A DNA stretch of 64,000 bases from IMG/VR virus record IMGVR_UViG_3300017766_003232, positions 24,922 to 88,921 of that record. One strand, 5' to 3'. The translations under genes and the position numbers were made by a program. Each line of letters starts with the position of its first letter. The stretch's first letter is position 1. Shown piece by piece: positions 56,641 to 64,000 of this stretch. The stretch is from a virus. Lineage: Duplodnaviria; Caudoviricetes. The notes under the pieces were generated by a model. The model was not told the DNA's origin and did no database searches. It saw only the letters and a list, made by a program, of their open reading frames with translations.

Positions 56641-59280
56641 ATGCCAGTTACTCCTTTTAACGCTCCAATTGCATTTGATTATAAACCATTAGGTTTAGAA
56701 GCTTTTGAAAAGCCATTATCAAGAATGCAAGAACAATATGATATTGTAAGCAATAAAATAGATGAGTCTAAATATGATATTAACGCACTTTCTCCAGATG
56801 TTGAAAACAGAGATAAAATTATATCAGAATTAAATGCTAAACGTGATGAATTAGCATCTGAATTAATGCGTTCTGGAAACTACAGACAAGCAGCTAAAAA
56901 ATTAATTGGTTTAAATAAAATGTACCAAGAACATCCTGAAATAAAAGCATTAAATTCTGAATACAAACTAACAATGGATTGGATTAAAGAAGGAGATGAA
57001 AGAGCATTGAAGGGTGATATTAATATGGATTATTGGAAAGCACAAAAAGCAAACGCACTTGCTAAATATTCTACTGACAAAGGATTAGCTTATGATCCAG
57101 CAAATAATACATACAACAGTGTACCTAGACAACATTTATCTCAAGATTTAGAAAAAGAAATCCAAGATAAAATGTTAGAATTAGGTAAAGCAACTCCTGA
57201 ACAATTAATGGATATTGCTACTACACATAAAATGGATCTTTCTACTTTTCAATGGCATACAAGAGATGGATCAGTTAATTACAAAGCACTTGATGAACTT
57301 AAAAAGAATATTGCACAAAATATTCTTAACCAACCTCGTTATGTAAACTATTTAAATGAAGTTGCTAATATACAATCTGATACACAACAATACAGAGGAG
57401 ATAACTTTAATGAATGGGCAAAAAGTCAATATGAAACAGAAATTTCAGATTTAACTACTGGAATATCTTCAATTGCTACTGCTGCTGCTAAAGGTGATAA
57501 GACCGCAAAAGCACAATTAGAATCTCCACAATATAAAGCATTAGTTAAGAAAAGAGATGAATTAGCTAACTCATTATATGAAGGTAACATTGATCCAAAT
57601 CAAGCAAGAAGTATTTATGCAAGAAATTATACTAATGATTATGTAAATAAAAATGCTTATCAAATAGCAGATGTTTTAGATTATAGAAATGTTAAATACG
57701 ATGATTCATGGTCTAATATGTCTAAGCAACAATTAGGTATGTATGGTATTGGAGACGATGGTACAAAAGTAGTTGATCCAGTTGCGGCTTGGGTACAAGG
57801 AACATATGGTACTAATCTTACAGGTCAAAACTTATTTGATAACATTGGTGAAAATAGAAAAAATATTGATGTAGCTGTTAAAAACTTAAATAATGTTGTA
57901 AAAGTTGGTGGAAAAGGTTGGGTATCTACATTATTCCCAGAAGCAAAATATAATAGAATTGAACAAGCACATCAAGTAAATGGTGTATATTCTGCTCTTT
58001 CAAAAAATCCAAAAAATGCTACAGAGTTTATTAAGTATTTAAAAGAAGCTGGTGTAACAGGAGTAAATGCTAACTCAGATGCTTATACAAAAATATTTAA
58101 CAGTGGTAAATTAAATTCTGACAATGGATTAAAGAATTTAAAAATTTCTGCAAACACAATGATGAAAGAAGCATCTGCTTTAAATGATAATAAAGCAAGA
58201 TATGAATCAATGCAAGAAAGTGTTAAAGATTCTCCTGAAGTAAATACTGTTTTATATAATAATAAAATTAATATTATTTCTGCTATTGATGTACATGGTA
58301 GAAAAGAATCAATAAAACAATATGATTTTATTAAAACACCAGAACAATTAGATAAATATATTTCTAAACAAACAAACGGTAAATTTAAAACATATGGTCA
58401 ATTAATGAAATCTAATTATGATTTATCTAAAATTCCATTATTTTCAACTTTAAATCATACAGGTGTAGTAAAAATATCTACATTGAAAGATCAATATGAA
58501 CATTCTGTTGCAGAAGGAATAAAAGGAAAAGAATATGCTGCTAATATTTCTAATTTTGAAGTAGTTGGTGATGATGCAAAAACTAAACGATTTAGAAATG
58601 AAGTAGTTGGTTTATTAGGTGCAACAATTGAAGGTAACAATTTAGAAAGAATGTCACCTGCATTTGGTAAAACTTGGGGAAATCAACCAGGATTTAAAGA
58701 TGGTAAACTAATTGGTACTCCAGATATTAAAACATTAAATCTTTCAAAAGATAGTGATGGTAGAGTATTTGCATCTGTAAGTGTAAAAGTTAAAAATGAA
58801 GATGATGATGGTACACACAATGTAACAACATACTTTAAAATCAGTGATCCTATATTAAGAAAACAAGCAATACAAAAAATAAAAGAATTACCTAATGGTG
58901 ATAATTTATTAGAAAAACGAAATGCTCAAGAAACTAATATTGCTGAATTTAATAATTCACATCCTGAGTTTGTAGGTGTATCATACATTGATAATAAATT
59001 AACACCTACTGCAAATGAATATGTTCCTGTAGCACCTGCATTTAATGCACAAATACCAGATTTAGCAACAGGTCAAAAAACAGGTGTACAATTAAAAATT
59101 GTTAAAACTGGTTTAGCTAAACCTGGTGAAAATGGTCAAAAACATTATAGATATGCTGTACAAGCATACAATGAACAAACTGGTAAATGGATAAATTTAA
59201 AAGATGGAGAATCAGAATTCAAAGCTGATTTAAATTCTGCAAAAGATTTTGTTACTAGAATAGAAAATGGAGAATATTAA
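56641..59280 (+). CDS. virion cargo/ejection protein
   Basis: 879 aa, helical, located between cargo gene and giant gene. Confidence 0.65.
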   Translation: MPVTPFNAPIAFDYKPLGLEAFEKPLSRMQEQYDIVSNKIDESKYDINALSPDVENRDKIISELNAKRDELASELMRSGNYRQAAKKLIGLNKMYQEHPEIKALNSEYKLTMDWIKEGDERALKGDINMDYWKAQKANALAKYSTDKGLAYDPANNTYNSVPRQHLSQDLEKEIQDKMLELGKATPEQLMDIATTHKMDLSTFQWHTRDGSVNYKALDELKKNIAQNILNQPRYVNYLNEVANIQSDTQQYRGDNFNEWAKSQYETEISDLTTGISSIATAAAKGDKTAKAQLESPQYKALVKKRDELANSLYEGNIDPNQARSIYARNYTNDYVNKNAYQIADVLDYRNVKYDDSWSNMSKQQLGMYGIGDDGTKVVDPVAAWVQGTYGTNLTGQNLFDNIGENRKNIDVAVKNLNNVVKVGGKGWVSTLFPEAKYNRIEQAHQVNGVYSALSKNPKNATEFIKYLKEAGVTGVNANSDAYTKIFNSGKLNSDNGLKNLKISANTMMKEASALNDNKARYESMQESVKDSPEVNTVLYNNKINIISAIDVHGRKESIKQYDFIKTPEQLDKYISKQTNGKFKTYGQLMKSNYDLSKIPLFSTLNHTGVVKISTLKDQYEHSVAEGIKGKEYAANISNFEVVGDDAKTKRFRNEVVGLLGATIEGNNLERMSPAFGKTWGNQPGFKDGKLIGTPDIKTLNLSKDSDGRVFASVSVKVKNEDDDGTHNVTTYFKISDPILRKQAIQKIKELPNGDNLLEKRNAQETNIAEFNNSHPEFVGVSYIDNKLTPTANEYVPVAPAFNAQIPDLATGQKTGVQLKIVKTGLAKPGENGQKHYRYAVQAYNEQTGKWINLKDGESEFKADLNSAKDFVTRIENGEY

Positions 59281-59291
59281 TTAAATTAAAT

Positions 59292-59331
59292 AAAAATAGT
59301 ATATTTGTATCAATTCAAATATACTATTTTT
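59292..59331. promoter_or_regulatory. perfect 16-bp inverted repeat containing TATATTTG boxes
   Basis: AAAAATAGTATATTTG-(8 nt)-CAAATATACTATTTTT, ending 1 nt before the ATG at 59333. Confidence 0.75.
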
Positions 59332-59332
59332 T

Positions 59333-62300
59333 ATGCCTGATAATATTAAACCAAGTGCACTTAGTAAACAGCTATCGCAAATTACAAATGCTAAAACACA
59401 AGCAATTAAAGAAGGGAAAATTCCAGACGAACAAGCAGTATCTAAAAAACTTAAAGAAGATGAAAATGCTTATATTGGACACGATATAGAACATCCTTTT
59501 AAACTTGCATCGGAATTTGAAAACTTTGAAGATTACATGCCTAGCAATACTGTTAGAGGTGGAAACTTTACGTTAGATCAATTAGTTGCTCAACGTGCTG
59601 AAAACGCAGGGTTTTTAACAGAAACAGGAAAAGCATTTGGTCAATTAGCAGTAAATATTGTTCCTCAAATAATTGGAGGTGTAGCATCTATGTTAGATGT
59701 ACCTGGTTATTTTTCTGCTGAAGAAGCTGCTAATAATGATATTGTTAGATGGGCAGATAGCGTAAAAAAATGGTCTAAAGAAGAAATGCCACTTTATTTA
59801 GAAAACCCAAATAAACCAATGGACTTTGGTGATTATTCTTGGTGGTTAGATAGAGGAGAAGGTTTAGTTGAATCAGTTGGTTCATTTGTTGCTCAAGGTG
59901 CAATGTTAGGTGGAGCATTAAAATATGTATCAGGTGCAGCTAAATTAGCAAAAACAGCTTCTGGAGCTGCTAAAATAGCAAGAGCAGGAGAAATTGCAAA
60001 AACAGGTTTAACATCAGTAATGTTAAATCAATCTGAAGCTGTTATTGAAGCAACAGGTGTTTACGATCAAACAAAAGCATATTGGTTAGATAAAGGATAT
60101 TCTATTGATGAAGCTAAGAAAAAAGCTGCAATTGCTGCTTCAACAACAATGAATATAAATCGTGCAAATATTTTATTGAATTTAACTTCTGCACATGGAT
60201 TTTTAACACCATCAAAATTAACTCGTCAATTATTAACTGCTCCAACAAAACTTGGAACAATAGGTAAATTAATAGGTGAGGGTGCACAAGAAGCATTGGA
60301 AGAAGGAATTAACCATATTGGTTCTCAAGCAGGTTTAGCAGCAGGAAAAGGTGAATCTTATTCCTACAACAAAGCAATGAAAGATTTAGGTTCTGCTGAA
60401 GGACTTGAAGCTATGTTGCTTGGTGCTGTTGGTGGTATTGCTCAAACAGGAGGAGGACATGTTTTAGATAGTATTAAAATTGGTCCAAAATCAGTTGTTG
60501 ATGAAAATGGAAATAGAATATCAGCAAATGAAGATCTTAAAAATCGTTACCAAAAACAACAAGAACAAATTGAAGAAATGAAAAAAACTGGAGTAAAATT
60601 CAGTTCATTATTTGATAACATTCAAAAAGTTCAAGACATTACAGAGAAAAATAAAGATGCTGCAGAAAGAGGTAACAATGAAGAGATTGATAAAAACAAT
60701 CACGATTTATTTTTAAATGGTGCATACAAATCTTTTCAAACAGGTACTGCTGAAATTTACGAACAAACAATTAAAGATTCTGCTGAACAATTAGGATTAG
60801 ATGCAGAAACTACTCAAAATGCAATTGCTCATTTCAAAGAATTAGAACATATCTATAATAATGTTGAAGGATATGCAAATAAAGAAAATATATTTACAGC
60901 AACTGCTGAAAATTTATTTTACAAAAAGCAATATGAAAAACAAAATATAATTCATACAAATAATCAAACTAAATTATCTAACGAAATAAATAGAATTTCT
61001 AATAGATTTAAGTTTAAAAAAGAATCAGATATTTTATTTAAAAAAGAAGGACAAGTAGTTGGAAGTGAAAAAGTTACAAAAGAAGTTCCTATTACATATG
61101 ATTCTAGCAACCTTGAAGAAAATACAGGTGATACAGAAGAAAATAAAAATATATATAATGATTTTTTAAATGAAGTTAAGAAAACTGAAGCATGGGAAAA
61201 ATATCAAAATTCAAAAGAAGAATTAGAAAAAGCAGATAATTTTCTTACTGTAAACAATGATGGATTAAGTCATTTAAAGTCAAAAGAAGGACAAGAAGAA
61301 GCATTAAAAAAATCTGCTGAACAAAAAAGAAATAAAGAAATATTAGATAGAGTAAATGCAAAAGATGCAACTATTTCTGAGTTAGAAAAGATTAAAAATG
61401 AAGTAACTAATCCAATTGTAAAAGCAACATTAGAAGCAAAATTAAAAACTTTAAAAGAACAAAAAGCTACTGAAGAACTAACAAAAAAACATGATATTAT
61501 TTCTAAAGATTTACAAGATAAAATTGTAAAATCTGATTTAAAAAATATTGATAGTATTGAAAAAAATATTGAACAATCAAATCTTCCTCAACAAAGAAAG
61601 AATGAATTGTTTGATATGTTAAATATTAAAAAAGAAGAATTAAAAAATAATATAGGTAGTAATAACTCTGCTCTATCAGGTAGTTCAATTACATCAGGTC
61701 AAAAAAAATCTGTAAAACTATCAGATGCAGAAGTAAATGCTAAGATACCAACTAATTATGTTCCTGTAAACAAAAATAATATTATTGAAGAAGTTGAAAA
61801 TGTACTTAGTGATTTGTTAAAAAGAAGAAGTCCAGGATCAAGAGATGCAAAAGGTAATGTTATTTGGGATTATAATAAAACAGATGTTGGACACAATAAA
61901 GCTGCTCATCTTTCAAGAAATTTTGTACAAGTAGATAGCACAGGTCATGTAACTCGTGAAGAAATAGAAAATTCAATAAATGAGAAAGGTAAACATTTGC
62001 TTAGAAGCAATGTAGCAACTCCTGGAACAAAGATTGTATTTAAAGTAGAACATAACTATGATGGTGATGTATATTCTACTGAATCAACTACCAAAGAAAA
62101 AAAGAAATGGAGTGATAGAAAGAATGAAATAAAAAATGATTCAACAAAATATAATGCTGAAGTTCCAATTGCTGCTTATACAGAAGATGGTCAATTTTTA
62201 TTTTATATTCATGAATTAAATTGGATCAATAATGAAAACGTAGATAATTCTTCAGAAGAATTAGAATTTGACAGATTAAAAATGATGAGTATTAGAAATA

Positions 62301-64000
62301 AAATTGTCAATTCTGAAAAAGAAGGAAAACAAATTACTACTACGATTCAAAATAAATCAACAGGTATATTGTTTAAAACAAAAGATAACAAAACTATTTC
62401 TTTAGATGAAGCAATGCCTGATGAAAACTTAATTATTCATGTAGGTGATAAAGATGGTACAATTAAAGGATATGAAGGAAATAAGAAAATAATTAACCCA
62501 GATAATAAAGTTTCTGGAGCAACTTATGCACTTGTTCCAATTGGAGAAAATTTAGCAGCAATTAGGTTAGAACAAACTAAAGTAACACAAGAAATTACAA
62601 ATACAATTTTTCGTGCTGTAGAATGCTATTTAGATCCTAATTCTGATGAGAATGCTAAGTTAATTGAAGAAATAGCAAATACAGGTTATGATATTTCTGA
62701 CATCAAAGGTTTATCTGCTTTTATAAATAATTTTATTTATTTAATTCCAACAGAAACAAACTTAAAAGATTTAGTATCTGATGCTACAACTGAATGGAAT
62801 TCTAAAAATCATTTAGTTTCGGTTACTGGAAATTCTATTGAATTTGGTAGACCAGGTATTACACCTGATGGAAAAAATTCTGTAATTTCTATTTTCAAAG
62901 GTTCTAAAACAAATAGACAAAATTTAGAAAAATTTAAAAAACATTTAGAAGGATGTCTTGTACATTTTAAAAATGAAGCATATTCATCAGGTGCAGATGT
63001 TGCAATTGTTAATGCAGATGGTTCAGTTACTACAAGTCCTTATAAATCGTTTGTAAAAGGTCATTTTAAAACAAATGTATTATCTGCTAATGTAGGTACA
63101 GAAAGTAAGCCAGAATGGACATATACAATCCAACCTTCAATTACTTATGATACAACTTTTGTTCCAGTAGAAAATAATGAAAGTAGTAATGTTTCTAATA
63201 TAGAAAAAGCTAAAAAAGCTGAAATAGAGAGAATAAATAAAGAATATCAGGATGCTATCGAAGAGTATCGCAGAACTAAAGATTCTATCTTACTATCACA
63301 AGGCTTTAATCCTAAGAATAAAAAACAGGCTCAAGCTCATAAGGAAGCTTTTCAACGATCTCGTGAAAAATGGGAGAAAATAGACGCTGAATATTATGCA
63401 AAACTAGACGCTTTAGAAGCTTCTTTTTCTGACATAGAAGCTAAGAAAGCTGATTTAGAAAGACTACTTCTTACACCTTCAAGTTTACAATCTAGTACTA
63501 CTGATAAAGATGTTTTAAGTAATAGAGCTACTGGTAAAAAATATGTGGATGGTGCAATTAAAGCTGGTAAGTCAGATTTAATTATAAAATTAATCAATAT
63601 AGCAGCAAGCGGTAGAAGTGCTGCAACAATTGCTAAAGAAACAGGTTTTAGTGAAGCTGCTGTAAGATTAATAAGGGAATATTTAGGGATACCATCAGCA
63701 GGTAGTTTTGGTATAGCTGGTACTCAGACTGAAGTTGAGCAAGAAGACTTGGATAGATTTAATACTTGGAAAAAAAGTATTAATGATATTAATGCAAAAC
63801 TAGCTGCTTTAGAAGGTATTGTTTCTAATAAGAAAGCTGATATAGAAAAAAGAAGACAAGAAGACTTACAAAATGGTGAGTTATTTTTAATGAATGATGG
63901 TACTTATGGAGGTAGTAGAAATGTCTCATTAAACTTTTATTCTGATGTACAAATAAAGGAAGGAAATCCTGAAGGAGATATTAGAACATGGGATTATAAA
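59333..64000 (+). CDS. giant virion cargo/ejection protein (>1550 aa, truncated by window; locus where crAss-like phages encode the virion RNA polymerase complex)
   Basis: ATG at 59333; frame open at every point I translated through to 64000; Gly/Ala-rich N-terminal segment with EGAQEALEEG motif; RNAP catalytic motif not seen within the window. Confidence 0.8.
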   Translation, partial: MPDNIKPSALSKQLSQITNAKTQAIKEGKIPDEQAVSKKLKEDENAYIGHDIEHPFKLASEFENFEDYMPSNTVRGGNFTLDQLVAQRAENAGFLTETGKAFGQLAVNIVPQIIGGVASMLDVPGYFSAEEAANNDIVRWADSVKKWSKEEMPLYLENPNKPMDFGDYSWWLDRGEGLVESVGSFVAQGAMLGGALKYVSGAAKLAKTASGAAKIARAGEIAKTGLTSVMLNQSEAVIEATGVYDQTKAYWLDKGYSIDEAKKKAAIAASTTMNINRANILLNLTSAHGFLTPSKLTRQLLTAPTKLGTIGKLIGEGAQEALEEGINHIGSQAGLAAGKGESYSYNKAMKDLGSAEGLEAMLLGAVGGIAQTGGGHVLDSIKIGPKSVVDENGNRISANEDLKNRYQKQQEQIEEMKKTGVKFSSLFDNIQKVQDITEKNKDAAERGNNEEIDKNNHDLFLNGAYKSFQTGTAEIYEQTIKDSAEQLGLDAETTQNAIAHFKELEHIYNNVEGYANKENIFTATAENLFYKKQYEKQNIIHTNNQTKLSNEINRISNRFKFKKESDILFKKEGQVVGSEKVTKEVPITYDSSNLEENTGDTEENKNIYNDFLNEVKKTEAWEKYQNSKEELEKADNFLTVNNDGLSHLKSKEGQEEALKKSAEQKRNKEILDRVNAKDATISELEKIKNEVTNPIVKATLEAKLKTLKEQKATEELTKKHDIISKDLQDKIVKSDLKNIDSIEKNIEQSNLPQQRKNELFDMLNIKKEELKNNIGSNNSALSGSSITSGQKKSVKLSDAEVNAKIPTNYVPVNKNNIIEEVENVLSDLLKRRSPGSRDAKGNVIWDYNKTDVGHNKAAHLSRNFVQVDSTGHVTREEIENSINEKGKHLLRSNVATPGTKIVFKVEHNYDGDVYSTESTTKEKKKWSDRKNEIKNDSTKYNAEVPIAAYTEDGQFLFYIHELNWINNENVDNSSEELEFDRLKMMSIRNKIVNSEKEGKQITTTIQNKSTGILFKTKDNKTISLDEAMPDENLIIHVGDKDGTIKGYEGNKKIINPDNKVSGATYALVPIGENLAAIRLEQTKVTQEITNTIFRAVECYLDPNSDENAKLIEEIANTGYDISDIKGLSAFINNFIYLIPTETNLKDLVSDATTEWNSKNHLVSVTGNSIEFGRPGITPDGKNSVISIFKGSKTNRQNLEKFKKHLEGCLVHFKNEAYSSGADVAIVNADGSVTTSPYKSFVKGHFKTNVLSANVGTESKPEWTYTIQPSITYDTTFVPVENNESSNVSNIEKAKKAEIERINKEYQDAIEEYRRTKDSILLSQGFNPKNKKQAQAHKEAFQRSREKWEKIDAEYYAKLDALEASFSDIEAKKADLERLLLTPSSLQSSTTDKDVLSNRATGKKYVDGAIKAGKSDLIIKLINIAASGRSAATIAKETGFSEAAVRLIREYLGIPSAGSFGIAGTQTEVEQEDLDRFNTWKKSINDINAKLAALEGIVSNKKADIEKRRQEDLQNGELFLMNDGTYGGSRNVSLNFYSDVQIKEGNPEGDIRTWDYK
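63191..63870 (+). repeat. in-frame cassette boundary repeats (AKLxALE ... KKAxIER)
   Basis: GCAAAACTAGACGCTTTAGAAG (63398-63419) vs GCAAAACTAGCTGCTTTAGAAG (63794-63815); KKA(E/D)(I/L)E at 63212, 63443 and 63830. Confidence 0.8.

Noticed and set aside
356-63597. Short opposite-strand or overlapping ORFs in the track (e.g. 356-544, 1039-1254, 19144-19407, 23753-24025, 27697-27948, 38551-38850, 43995-44288, 48791-49222, 63394-63597)
   Set aside because: They lie within well-supported genes on the other strand or frame and show shadow-ORF composition with no recognisable motifs
1-64000. Stop-codon reassignment (TAG=Gln or TGA=Trp), common in some crAss-like phages
   Set aside because: Large genes (TerL, portal, PolB, muzzle) are uninterrupted under code 11, and TAG (5613-5615, 20906-20908) and TGA (19755-19757, 22916-22918) end genes right at the next gene start
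59333-64000. Calling the giant ORF the RNA polymerase catalytic subunit
   Set aside because: No DxDGD/DFDID-type catalytic motif was found in the part inside the window; only locus position suggests the link

Overview
AT-rich fragment of a crAss-like (Crassvirales-related) podophage of a Bacteroidota host, probably Flavobacteriia (inferred from TAnnTTTG promoters, A-rich translation starts without SD, and a DUF4494 gene). It uses the standard genetic code. Bases 1-21.4 kb are all on the minus strand: a replication module (Sak4/AAA_24-type ATPase, DnaB, SF2 helicase, family-B DNA polymerase), many small early ORFs, a radical-SAM spore-photoproduct-lyase-like gene, a mini kinase, groES, thyX and MazG. 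A gene-free control/origin-like region lies at 18.5-19.1 kb. From 21.6 kb everything is on the plus strand: wHTH and HU-like proteins, terminase, portal, scaffold, major and auxiliary capsid, ring/hub proteins, several tail fibres, a lysis cassette (u-spanin, holin, patatin, lysozyme), muzzle protein, and cargo/ejection proteins. The last is a >1550-aa giant that runs off the window. The most unusual signals are: (1) an ~190-nt highly structured intergenic RNA with an H-type pseudoknot and a loop-E motif (11690-11881); (2) a tRNA-shaped element whose anticodon/variable region is replaced by 88 nt (10986-11124); (3) in-frame cassettes bounded by conserved motifs inside the giant virion protein (63191-64000); (4) a KxGG-punctuated cargo protein carrying a beta-barrel-like insert; (5) palindromic operator arrays at 18.7-18.9 kb. 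No databases were searched; family calls rest on recognised motifs and gene order.
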